From the NCBI GenBank assembly GCA_015680685.1, contig MNCI01002384.1:189498-253497 (forward strand): 64,000 nucleotides of DNA, given 5' to 3'. Positions within the stretch are counted from its first letter, which is position 1, and each line of letters begins with the position of its first letter. The DNA is from Gnetum montanum (taxonomy: Eukaryota > Plantae > Gnetophyta). The position numbers and the translations under genes were made by a program. The notes beneath the pieces were generated by a model. That model did no database searches. It had not been told where the DNA came from and worked only from the letters and a program-made list of their open reading frames with translations. Shown here piece after piece: positions 49,025 to 61,501 of this stretch.

Positions 49025-50386
49025 ATGGGGCAGACGCCGACGTACGAGCCTGGCTGCACGGACTTCCAGGCGGATGAGGAGCTGTGGCGGATGGTGTGCC
49101 ATTGCGGATGGGACGTGCTGCTGCCGCGGTTGGTCGGGGACCCTGACCTGTCTGACATTTCCTTCTTTACCAACTGGCGTGGCAATCAAACCTTTTTCCG
49201 TGGCCGAGTTATTCACCTGACAGAGGCTGCTTTGGCCAACTACCTGGGATCCCGGCCATTGGGGAGATCATCTTGCCAACCTCCCGTGGCCTCCATAACT
49301 CGGCGGTCTTTTTCAAGGGCCTTTCCCCGAGAACGCAGAGCCGTCAGGTCCCTCGGACTTCCCTCCCGCGTCTTTAGGCTCATGCGGCCGTCTTAGTTGA
49401 GCGCTTCTTTGTGCAGTCGGGAAACGTGTCCAAGCTCTAGGGGTTGCATTTCACCTTACTGCGGTGCTTGCAGGAGGGCACCCAGGTTAACCTGCCGCGC
49501 TTCTTCCTCGAGGCCCTCCGCCTCCAACGGTGGGGTTGCTGGTCGGGGCTTATCTTGGCCCTGTGGCGGGGGGTGGGGGAGCAGGGGGCGCCGGGCCCAT
49601 CCTCTGCCCCCACTAGGGGGCGTCGCGTTGCCCCTCCCCCTGTTTCTCCTCCTGTTCCCACCCCTTCCCCTTCTCCTCGGCGGCTGGCTGCTCTCCACCT
49701 CTCCTAGGGCCGCTGCTCCCACCGCAACCCTGCCCTCTCGCCGGCCCTCCTAGCGCCCCCCGCGCTGGGAGGCGCAGCTTCGGCAAGAGGTTGCTGCTGC
49801 CAGGGAGGCCGAACAATGGTCTTCGGAGGCTCGGTGGGCTGAGGTCCTGGCCAAGTGGCGGGCCGACCACGAAACCCAGCTCCAAGAGCAGGCGCTGCAA
49901 CTGAACAGGCAGCATACGCTTGCGATGGAGACCCTGCGCGCCCAGCTCACGGATGAGCTCCGGGACCGGATCAGAGAGGAGCTGCGGCAGGAGGAGGCGG
50001 ACCGGTAGGCCCAGGAGGCAGCAGCCCAGGAGGAGCAGGAGCGTCTGTAGGAGGAGGAGCTGCAGCGGCAGCGGCAGCTCGACCGGGCGCATTAGCACAG
50101 CGCTCGCCAGTGGCTTAGGGGGGGGCGCTGCCCGTATACCATCCTTGGTATTAGTTATGAGAGCTCCTGGGGGGAGCTCAGAAGGCACATCCGGCGTATG
50201 TTCGCTAGACTCCACCCAGATGCGGGGGATTCGTCGCCTGACCGGCGCAGGCGCGAGGCTCTTCTGCAGGGGTTCCAGCAGGCCGCGAACTTCATCGACA
50301 CGGAGGATCATCGGGCCACCCTGGACATGCTCCATGAGTTGGAGTTGCCTCGGTGTGCCTGCCACCAGCTGCCGACCCACCCCTAG
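49025..50386 (+). pseudogene. LINE C-terminal extension: Transposase_32-like domain, Pro-rich linker, coiled-coil and J-domain (50129-50326)
   Basis: GWDVLL..FFTNW..FRGRVIHLTEAALANYLG(IP)...LLRCLQEGTQVNLPRFF; an E/Q/R-rich helix; CPYTILGISYESSWGELRRHIRRMFARLHPD...FQQAANFIDTEDHRATLD. Confidence 0.8.
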
Positions 50387-50776
50387 CTCTTCCCCTCTCT
50401 CCCTTGTTCCGGCCCCTTCCTTGTTGGGTTCCTCGTGGGGGTGGGGTGTGCCCCCCCNNNNNNNNNNNNNNNNNNNNNNNNNNNNNNNNNNNNNNNNNNN
50501 NNNNNNNNNNNNNNNNNNNNNNNNNNNNNNNNNNNNNNNNNNGGGGTGGGCCACCCCCACTTGTACTTGTACTTGTATAGTCGTGTACCTTTCTGTCAGT
50601 AATACACTCCCAAACATTCTCTCTCAAAAAAAAAGATCATGTTTCACATCATGGCATGGCTTTGGCTATTTACAATGGGTTCCCATAAACACTCTATAAG
50701 AGTCTTGTTTCTCCAAAGAACGCACCTCCTATATCTTGGTTCTGAGTCTGTTGAACACCGGCTACCGACAAGAACT

Positions 50777-53761
50777 AAAGAAATGGCTATAAACTAGCAC
50801 AGAACATCTACTATGACATTAAAATAGCACAACACATCCTTGGGCTGTGATGTGAAACTAGCACCCACAACATGATCTGCTATGACCTTAAACTGGCCAT
50901 CCACTGTCTGCTATGACATTAAAATAGCACATCACACTCCACTGGGACCTTAAACTAGCACACCCGACAGTCTACCAAGAGTTTAAACTAGGTTTGTGAT
51001 GCAATGATTCCTAGCACACACATGTGACTCTTGTGAAAAAGAAAGCATGTACACTTTCAAACTCATTGGACAACATGGGGTGGAACATTGCAGTTCCAAA
51101 ATGCAGTTCACATTGTCAACGAAAAATCCTTTGGGACACATGCAGCATCATATCCCCTAGCATCTTGTTGATCTTCTATAGATGTTATTTGACATTTTGC
51201 TAACCTTCTGGAGCTACTGCTGCTATAGCTAATCATCCTAGCAGTAGCTCTTTCCATCAACACCTATTGCTAGAGTCCCAACACTATTCTTGCCCAGCCA
51301 CAAGGTTGCCATCATCCAGCCCTCACCATCATCTGAGCCCAAAAGGCATCCAACTATTAGGCTTCTCACCTTGCAACTGGACTGCATGATGTTTGCCTTG
51401 GTCAAGGAATCCCAAGCACCTACATCACCATTGCTCCTAGACTCTTTGATGCTAAACTTCTTGGCCTACCACTACCAGAACCTATACTGGCCTTCCTACT
51501 TTGGACATTGCGCACGCTAGATGCAACATTTTCCACTCTACCAATGTCCCGAGCAAGATGGACTTTTCCCTCACTTTACTTCATGGCTACTTTTTTTTGG
51601 TTTTCTCTCTGTTGTGTTTGTAGGATAAAAGCCAAGATGTCATCATTTAGGGATGTGTTTCACCATGAGAGCAAGGCACTACATTGCTCCAAAGCACCCA
51701 CATCAATTAGCCTAGCTACTTAAGAGTGCATGTCCTACTTTCCTTTTAGCCAACTTAATCCCCGTCCCCTATAGTTGCAGCTTCCTATATCCCATTTTGC
51801 AAGCTTTCTCAATGTGCAAAGCCCCTTCACATGCCCAACCGCTAAGTCCATGATAGACGTAATGTAACTTGTCCCATGGGAAGCCTCTGTAGGTAGGTCA
51901 AAGCCCCACATGGATGTAACACAGCTCATCCCAGGGAGGAAACACCTACCCTGTAGACACAATGAGGTTGCCTTCATGTAAACATGGGTATGCAACAAAA
52001 AGCACAAAAGAGCAAAAAAAAAAAGAAAAAGCTGAAAAGGTGGCACAATAGCTACTTTACAATTGCTTCAAATACAAATCAACCATCTCTAAGCACTTTG
52101 ATGAGAGGTCAAAGGCCAACAAAGAAAGACACCCATGTGTGTTGACTCCCTCATAAGCACTCTAATGAGGGATCATTCTATGGCAATAGTTTTTCAAAGT
52201 ATCACATTTTACATTCATTTCTTCCTCGAACCTATTTTCTCAAATTCATCCTTTGGCCTCTATCCTACATCACTCTCCCAATACTCTTAAACGTAGCAAA
52301 GCATGGTCCAAGTAGACATTGAAGAGTAGTGTTGTTATCTTGTTCTTCATGGTGTTTCGTATTCTTTATTGATGTCTCTTAGGAAAATCCTCCATACATC
52401 AACAAAGAGGGGTCATTGAAACACCATAAATTTTGGGAGTTTCATGACTCAGCATAATCCTAAAATTTGGGCAAGGGTCACCACAAGCATAGTTCATGAT
52501 GGACCCTACATACAATGTGGCACCCCGGATGTCCTAATGCCTACAAGGTTGCTTCTGAGCTTTCCTGCCAACCTTTGCAGCATAGTCAACATGACATCCA
52601 ACCACAAGGTTGGTTTGCATGAAAGAGGCACTAGGGGTAGATAGTACATTCTAGCAAATTTTCTATCACCTAGGATGATAGGCTTGCTACACCCTCTAGC
52701 TTGCCTAGCTTGATGCCTGAACTGACTAACGGTCTACCCAGGGACCATGCTAGGAGTTGCCAAAAGTGTTCAGGATGAGTGAAACAATTTGGCAAGTTTT
52801 CTAACTGTGAGACCTACTATGCTATGCTACATTGCATAGTGTAGCAGGCCTTGAGGAGAATGAACATGCACCAAAGATGCAGTTGCCAATAACTCTGCCC
52901 TCGGGGTACCTACCCCATTTCATCCTTGAAGCATGAGCAATGTGACGTAGCAAATTTCATCAAGAATCCTCTTCATTTGAGTGCTACGTTGTGCTATGCT
53001 ACATAGTGTAGCATAGTGTACTGGGGTTCTGCTATGGAAATGCTTCTGTATAGACTGGTTTTGATGAAGTGAACATATTTTCCCCTACCTTAACCATCAA
53101 ACATGCTTGTTTTTCCATCACGCTAGGACATGATCATCATCCCATGATAAAATGTTTGCAAAATGAGTTAGAATCCAAACAACATAGGGTGCTACGCTAC
53201 GTAGCGTAGCATAGCGTAGCACCACGTAGCAGGGATAGAACGTGTGAAGGTCCTCTGCCAAGTGGTTCTAGCAAGAGAATTGCACTTGGCCATACTTCAG
53301 CCTCTAAGACTACCTATCCCTCTTCACCCTTGGGCCCCAAGAAAATTTTCTTGACAAATCATTGTAGATTAAATAGGAATTCATGTCACACTGGTTGCTA
53401 TGCTATGCTACACTACATAGTGTAGCAGGAACCAAACCCTAAAAGTGTCCCAATGATGAACTTCACAGGTCCTAGGACCTTTGAACTTGGAAAGTAGGGT
53501 TACAAATTGTTGCAGTTACTTGCCTAGCAGGGTATTTTCAATTTTTGGGCAAGTTTTCCTCTTAGAACTAGAAGCTACGCTATGCTACGCTACACTAGGT
53601 AGTGTAGTGCACCATAGCGTGTAGAGGTTTATGCTAAGCCGATACGTTGGGCAGTGTAAGTAGTGTAACACTTGTATGGAAGCATCAGGACATCTCTTAT
53701 TAGCTCCAGAACTTGTTGACAATGATCACTCCCATCTTGACATCTCTTCAACAAATAGGAT
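50777..53761 (+). mobile_element. 3' end of a Tat element 'D' (TAAAACTAG repeats, 3' UTR, PPT, interrupted 3' LTR from 52417)
   Basis: Repeat cluster 50780-50995; PPT AAAGAGGGG; TGAAACACCA at 52417; the LTR is unlike B/C and is cut by E. Confidence 0.75.
52404..52412 (+). promoter_or_regulatory. Polypurine tract of D
   Basis: AAAGAGGGG followed by TCAT and the LTR TG. Confidence 0.8.
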
Positions 53762-55247
53762 TGTAACGACGGAAAACGTTGGTCACTAGAAATACCGAAC
53801 GAAAGTCCATGTACACAGTTCTAACCCTGGATTCGTGCGAGGACCGTGCTGGAGAAAAATGAATCAGACAGGGACTTACTTGATCAGTAAAAATTTTATG
53901 ATATTAGGATGATGAAATGATGGTTCTTTATGAGAAGATATAATATTTTTAACTTAGAAGGTAATTGAAAATGATGTAATCAATTTAAAAAAATTTGCAA
54001 GATTCATATAAATAGGGCACAAGAGATTAGATTTAGAATGCAGGAAATCCCAAGATCTAGGATTCAGCTCACGAACAAAATATATTGAACATAACGATTA
54101 TAGGAAAACTTCAATTTAGGCAAAGTACGTGCCAAAAATAAGAAATCTGTTCAAAGATGAAGCAAGCAAAGGTCGATCTACCTTGTTCTAGTGGATCTAG
54201 GTACAAGGAGGTCAGACCCGAAGTAGAATGCCCATCAATCAGCTATTTCTGACCAAATTTTCTTGCCAATTGCTTTCAATATTCTTGCGATTTCTGATCC
54301 TCTTTGTTCTCTTGTCAATCCTTATTAAAAATTGTCAACGATTTCCAATGGAAGGAAAAATTGCTCATAGAGGAAATTTGTCAAACCTTAGGAGAAATTT
54401 TTGCCCACCCCTTTGATCTTTGTCAACTGGAGTATTTATAAGATTAGGGTTAGGAGAAAAAAACGGTTTAGATGACGCGCATCCTGAACCTACAAAATAC
54501 CATTGACTTGATGTGTTTGTTGTTGAAGCTTGCGGTGCCATGCTATTTTACGCTCTGAAGCGTAATGCATCGTAAACAACTCTTGTTTGGAGTTTTGGTG
54601 AAAAACCGTTCTTAGATTATGCTACGATATGCTAAATTGCGCTGCATCATGTCAGATTATGCTGCATCCCACTAGATTACCCTGCATCATATCAGATTAC
54701 GCTTCATAGCGTAATTCAACATAAGATAGTGAACGTGCAAAAAATTGAAGTGTTGTCACCGTGCTTCCTCTTTTTTTGATCAATCCTTCTAGGGTTTATT
54801 ATGCCATGCTACGTGATGCAGCGTAATAGGCCCTCTTTAACCGAGAAAGAAGACTTGCTGAAATGCTCAACATGCTACAGATCATTGCCTAAACCTTAAG
54901 ATTTTTACTGGGTCATCGAAGTCTTGAATATTTGCCATCTTTGATGTTGCAGTGGACTACCATATGACATTACGCTGCATCATGTGACTTTACATCATGT
55001 TGTGTAATGCGGTGTAATATGCTAAAAGTTAAGATTTTTGAGACATAGAAAACTTGTAAAGTTGTAGGCTTGCCTCCCATTACCTTGTTCTATCTTTTGA
55101 AATTTATTTGTGTTGTGCTGTGCAGTGTGGTAGGGCAGAACTTTAATCGAAAAGGAAACTTGCTGTGCCATGCCTTGTCATGACTCCTTGCCTGAATCGC
55201 TAGATTTTGCTGAACCGTTGAGGCCTCAAAATTTTCATGGTGTTTCA
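53762..55247 (-). repeat. 3' LTR of element E
   Basis: On minus, TGAAACACCA (55247)...CGTTACA (53762); TATA-like block near 54435; the end resembles the A LTR end. Confidence 0.85.
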
Positions 55248-55251
55248 ATGG

Positions 55252-55260
55252 CCCCTCTTT
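55252..55260 (-). promoter_or_regulatory. Polypurine tract of E
   Basis: AAAGAGGGG then CCAT then the LTR TG on minus. Confidence 0.85.
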
Positions 55261-56439
55261 GTTGACGTTTAGAGGGCTTTCTTGAAAGACGTCGACAAAG
55301 AATACAAAAAACCACAGAGGTAAAGGCACCAACACTGTCCATCAGAGATTGCTCAAATGTCGCTCTGTCAAACCTAGAAGTGCAAAGGTAGGGGAGGGAA
55401 GAAAGAATAAGAGGGATTTTACAGAAGTGAGAGGAGGAAGGTTTGGAGAAGACTCAAGCATGTGAACATGAAACTTTTGTGAACAAGCCATCACGTCCTT
55501 CCATGAATGTATTTGTGAGAGGTTACGTTGTCATACTATATATGAAGGGCTTGCGTGGACGAGTTGTGTTACGCCCGCGTGGCCTAGATGAGTTGTTTTA
55601 CATCCATTTTGCCAAGATTTACCATTTTTTTTAAATTACATTCCACTAGGCGAGTTGTGTTACGCCAGTTCATGGACATGATGATGCGAAAGAATTTGCT
55701 TGAATGTTCATACAATGTATAGGCAAAGAAGAGAGTAAAGGCAGTCGTGAGAACAAGGGAAGGAGAAAGTAAAGTAAGGTATCTTATGGGGCTAGAGGTA
55801 GGGTTTCCACCCCCGAGTAGCTAGGCTAGTCTGAGCAACCACTTCAGGACACCATGACATCTCACCTTCTAATGAATGAATTCTCGATCAATGCTGTCAT
55901 AACAAGTAACCTGCAAAACATAACAGAAAGAAAAGCACAAAAACAATCATCCTAATCGCTAAGAAGGGAGGCTATTGAAACAAGCACCATCCAAAGTGAA
56001 AAGGAGAGCGTAGGCCATGAAACAGGGATCGTAGCAATGAGCAAGGGTCCCAATGTTGATGTCGTGGTTCATGAAGCCGCCATCGACAACTAGATTCATC
56101 TTACTCAAATGACTAGGCAAAGAACCAGTTAGATGAATCTGCTAAGTTGGAGTCTAGTGACGACGATGGAGGGAGGCCGCTGAGACTATGGATGACCATA
56201 GTTTCTTCAAGGCCCCAAGTGGCGAAGTTGATCCCAAGAGCTACAACTACGGAGCAACTGTCATAGCAACATCTTTGAGGGGTCAGTAGTATGCCTTTCG
56301 ACATATTCGAGGAATCAATAGGATGCCAGTGGGGTAGCGACGTTACATCTATTCCAACGCCTTACCCATTCCATCTGGTAGGGATGCAGTGCAAGAGTGA
56401 TCACACTCGCTTTCTTTGTGGATTTTCTATTGACGAATT

Positions 56440-56800
56440 CCAGTTTTGAGTCCTGGTTGACTGTAGTTGTTGGTTTTAAGCCTTAGTAGGCCGTGGTCTC
56501 GGTTTAACGTCTGGGCAGACTGAAACCTGCTAGTTTTACGTCGTAGCGGACAATGGAAGAGCTAGTTTATGGTCCCAGCAGACCATGCTATGGGTGTCAA
56601 TTTTATGTCATGACCTAGGGACAATTCTATGCTTGTTTAGCATCTCACCAGATGTGTGCTTACCTTGCTAGTTTCACGTCATGGCGGACGGTCGAAAACT
56701 TTGCCAGTTTAGCATCTTGGCGGATGCGTGCGAGAAATGCCAGTTTTATGTCGTAGTGGACATGTACAACTTTGCCAGTTTTATGTTGTAGCAGATGTTT
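56440..56800 (-). repeat. GACNTAAAACTRG repeat cluster after the pol stop of E
   Basis: Repeated cyagttttaygtc on the plus strand. Confidence 0.75.
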
Positions 56801-56829
56801 GTAACCTTGCATTTGAGCCAAGTTGATCT

Positions 56830-59800
56830 TTAGATGTAGTATCACTTCAAATACAGATGATTCACTGCATTTGGTAGCTTGTTGTTGTCGATATCCGCTA
56901 ACTTGAATGCTCTGTTGCCGTATGCGTCGATGACCAGGAAAGAGCCTTCCCAGTTTGCAGAGAATTTTCCTACTAGTGCAAGAATGGCCTTGAGAACTAA
57001 ATCTCCTTTTTTGATCGGTCGTTGATGCAGATTGTGCCGATGCTTCTGTCTCTGTTTATCCTGATATCTTTCGACGGTGTCAAGCATCTGGATGCGTTTC
57101 TCCTCCACTGAGTCTAAATCCATGATTCTAGACTCATTGTGTTGAGTCTCATTTATAACCATGGAGAGGACCTTCCGCAATGAGGGAACCTATAATTCCA
57201 AGGGAAACACTACTTCTGTAGTTGTTTTTCACGTCGTACGATATGCCCATAACACGTAGAGGATTTTTTCATGCCATCATTTTTTGTTGTTGCTAAGCAT
57301 CTTCTTAAGTAGATTGATAATTACCCTGTTTTTTTCTTTTGCTTGATCATTTTCTTATGGGTAATAGGGTGAAGAAAAAGATTGCTTGATACCAAGATTA
57401 TCACAAAAAGATTTGGTCTCTGTACTACTAAATTATGGCCCATTGTCAGTCATGATAGTCATAGGGAGTCCAAATCTGGTTACTATATTGTCTAAGATAA
57501 AATGGCAAAACTGCTGAGATGTAATCTTCTATAGGGGGATAGCCTCAACCCACTTTATGAAATACTCAGTGGCGATGATAATGAAACTATGTCCTATGGA
57601 AGATTTAGGCGCGATGGGACCTATAATGTCTAGTCCCCATCGTTGAAATGGCCAAGTAATCTATGTAGTATGTAACTCAGTTGGTGACATGTGTATTAAG
57701 TTCGCATAATGTTGGCACGTGTCACACATCTTAACTTTGGTAAGGCAATCTTTTTCCATGTATGGCCAGTAGTACCCTAGGCATTTGATCTTAGCGGCCA
57801 TGGCTCGCAGGGCTACGTGTCCTCCACACAGTCCCTCGTGGACTTTGCTAACTATTCATTGTGCTTGGTCATTATTAACACAGGTTAGCAATACCCCATC
57901 GAAAGAGCATTTACAGAGAGTACTGTCTTTGATGATGACGTATTGCCTGGCACGCTTGCGCACTGCATCTTTTTGTGCATGTGTTAGCTCCTGTGGTGGT
58001 TCGCCATGCAAAAGGTAAGTCTTAATGTTCTCGTACCATTTCAGCGTTCCTCCTACGTTTAATGAAGAGATTTGCACCACTTGAATGATAGGGTCTGTAC
58101 ATTCCATCATTAAAGCAGGCCAAGTAGTAAACAAGTGTGGTGGCATGTTTAGTGCCAGTGTGGCCAGTGCATTGGCCACACCGTTTTCGTTACGTAGCAC
58201 ATGTTGGGCATCAATTGTCACAAATTATTTCAGGAGATCTTTAGCCATATCATAGTAGGGCTATAGATGCATAGCTTTGCAGGTGTAGACTCCTATGATT
58301 TGGTTGATGACGAGCATCGAATCACCTTGGATTGCCAAGTGTTAAACGTTGAGTTCTCTGACTGTCAACAATTCTCTGAGAAGCCCCTCATACTCTACCA
58401 CGTTGTTCGTATAAGGGAAGGCTAGGTGGTAAGCCAGTGGATGTACATCCTTAGGGGAAAGCGTAATGACAGTGGCAGTACTGCCGCCTCTAGTAGTTGA
58501 AGCTCCGTCAAAGTATAACATCGCTTCGAGGCCTGTTGATACAGGGCTTAAACTATGTACATGCTCATCCGAAAATTCGAGCTCTATCGTAGCTTGATCA
58601 TTAATAGGTGATGTTGCTAGCTGGTCAGCTATAGCCTGACCTTTGATGGATGATTGCTTGACATAATGTAAATCGAATTTGGTTGTGATAGCTTTCCAGC
58701 AAGCTATCCTACTACTCTCATACAAGTTGTTTGAGATAGCACGCAAAACATTGTTTTTGCAAATTATGTTAAACTAATTGCCAAAATGATAATGCCTACA
58801 TTTTTTGAGTACGAAAATCAATGCTAAACAGTTATGCTCCACTTCATTGTATCTTGTTTCATACGCAAATAGAGCATGACTAAGATAATAGATAGGGGCC
58901 TTTGACCTATCGTTTCTTTTTTGGCAAAGTAACGCAGCTATAGACACGTCCAAGTTTGCTAGATAAATGTAAAAAGGCTGATCTCTTTGTGGTGGGAAAA
59001 CTATTGGTAAGTGTTGTAGCGCCCTTTTCCAAGTTGTCAAATGCATGCTAGCAGTCATCGGTCCATTCAAAATTAACACCCTTCTTAAGAAGATGTTGCA
59101 TGAGATGTAATTTATTTGTTAACTTCGAAATGAATCTCCTGATAAATTGTAGTCTACCCTACAACCCATGTAGTTCCTTAAGGTTTGTAGGTGGCGTTAA
59201 ATCAACGATGGCTTTAACCTTGTCAGGGTCGACTCGGATGCCAGTCTCTGATACCACAAACCCTAACACGCGTCCGGTTTTGACTCTGATTACCCAATTC
59301 TTTAGGTTGAGCCGTAAGTCATGCTTAAGACATTGTTTAAGGACTAACCCTAGAGAGTCTAAATGATCTTTCAACTTTACAGACTTGACAGCTATGTCAT
59401 CCATGTAGTCATTCAATCTCCCTAAGAGGTAGTCACTAAAGATGTATGTCATGGCTCATTGATATGTTGCTCCAATATTTTTTAGCCCGAAGGGCATCAT
59501 AGTGTAACAGAAAATCCCCTAGGACATCATAAATGTTGTGGTCAATTTATGTTTTGGGTTAATACGAATTTGATTATAACCTGAGAAACCATCCATAAAG
59601 GATAGAAGCTCGTGACCAGCTGTTGTATCGATCAGTTGGTCGATACTCGGTAATGGGAAATTGTCCTTAATCATGGCTTTGTTCAGATCTCAGAAGTCTA
59701 TACAGATGCGTATGCCTCCCATTTTCTTAGAGACAACTATGATGTTGGACACCTAGTCTGAGTAATCGACTGCATGAATGAAACTAGCTTGATACAGCTT

Positions 59801-60265
59801 AGTGATTTCATTACACACTGCTAGCGCTATTTCTAGCTTAATCTTTTGTGCCTTCTGTCTAATTACTTTGATGCATGGGTCTAAGATTATGTTGTGTTGT
59901 ATTAATCTCGGGTCTAATCCCGGAATGTCTTCGTACGATCACACAAATACAATAGCGTTATCTTGGAGCACTTACGTTATGCCACTCTGTGTCTATTGGT
60001 CTAGGAGGGAACTAACTCTAAGATTTTTATTTTCACCTTTGTGCGTAACCACAGGGACCTCGTTGAGAGGGTCCTTGATTACATCACCAGCCTCTAGGTC
60101 GAGAGTTCAAGCTAGATGTTCTGGCCAATCTGGGGATATTTCTGATGTTTCTATGGTTCCGTCACAAAGGGAAAGGTTTTTTCCTATTAGCATGTGATTG
60201 AGCTGTCTAATGATCTCCCCATGTGGGCCCATTAAGGCTAAGGATGCAGATAAAGTTGTGTCCAT
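56830..60265 (-). pseudogene. pol: pol of element E: RT-RH-aRH-INT
   Basis: NDYMDDIAV, YYLSHAL, MLYFDGAS..TNNVVEYEGL, NWEGSF...NHLYLK. Confidence 0.95.
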
Positions 60266-61501
60266 TTGCCATTGGCCTGCAAAATCGCCAAAATGGAAGT
60301 TGTTACATTGTTTTTCTGCCAATATGTTGTACGATAAAAGTTTGCTTTCTTTACGTTAGAGTTGCATATTAGAAAGGCTTCCAGTTTAAGGTCTTGGTGG
60401 GACCATTACAAATATGTACTATCTGTGAGAAGATGGCAAGCTAGGATTCCTAGATGCTAGTGTGTAACTTCTGTGGAGTAAGATGAAAGATGTAACATGG
60501 CGTGTCTAGCGTGTCTAAATAATTGGATTTGAATTTTTTTACAAACCATAGTTAATGCAGCCAGATTATGAGGCAATAAGCTATGCACTAGTTTAGGGTC
60601 ATTTCGGACAGTGATTCACACGATATCTATGAAATTAATGCCCCGATCTTTACGTTTCGTGTCATGCTGACATTGGCGTTTTGGGAAAGTTTTGCATCAA
60701 TCAAGTAGAAAAAATTAGTTAACTTCAAACATTTCATTTATAAACCACTGGTTCACGCTCAGAACAAGCCATAGATATCGTGAATTTGAATCTAGCTATA
60801 GCAGAAAGGGAGCAAAAGCAAGGCGTAAATAAATGATTTTGCAAAAACTCTTTCAATTGCAACTATGGGACCAAAGGTCAAAGGGAAGAATGCTAAACTC
60901 GTAAGGATTGATAAAGTGTAGAAGAGTTTTCAGCGGGCTTTGCAGGCCAGGGTCGAGGCTCGGGAAGTTACTCCACTCAACTGATAAGTCGCCTTTCATC
61001 CTCCTACACTATTGTTATGCTTGTTGCAGTGTCATAGTTATACATATTTTTTTCTAAATGTGTATGTTATGTTGGTTGTTAATATTTGTTTATGTAGACT
61101 AAGTTGTTGTGGTTTGCGATATTACCTTTGTCTTCGCTATTGGAGATGAACCTTGTATTGTTACGAGGGTTTAGGTAACATTGAGTAATACTGAGCAAAC
61201 GTAGTGTATAATCGAAAAGTCTAGGTATTGTACCTGTGAGTAGCATAATTAGGGTTCTATCTTATTTTTCTTTACTCTTGTAATAATTGCATGTTATGCT
61301 AGAGTAATACGCAGTGTTTCTTTCATTTTCGTTGTTAGAGACAGACCTTGAGCTGTTGTAAAGGTTTGGGCAGTTTTGGCCATGCGTTTCTAGTGAAATC
61401 TGTAATTTTTTGGGAGTCAGGAGAACCCTAATGTTGTATGATGAATATTTATGTCTAAATGGTTTTTTTGATAGCAATGCATTTTTTTTTGTTTTGTACA
61501 G

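Larger units (their letters stand above)
44186..50630 (+). mobile_element. L1-clade LINE, apparently near full length, inserted in the 3' UTR of B
   Basis: 15-bp TSD AAAAGATCATGTTTC at 44171-44185 and 50631-50645; short poly(A); ORF1 and ORF2; sharp rise in GC content. Confidence 0.95.
14155..50776 (+). mobile_element. Tat-clade LTR retrotransposon 'B' (3' LTR missing), interrupted by element C and the LINE
   Basis: LTR-PBS-gag-PR-antisense gene-pol-3'UTR. The 3' UTR resumes at 43663 and 50646, colinear with C's 3' UTR, until ~50776. Confidence 0.85.

Noticed and set aside
46226-50699. Long alternative-frame and antisense ORFs in the LINE (367, 334 and 259 aa)
   Set aside because: Expected in very GC-rich DNA; no recognisable motifs; shadows of ORF2.
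51000-52050. Possible additional ORF in the 3' UTRs of C, D and E
   Set aside because: I could not find a peptide conserved between elements on either strand.
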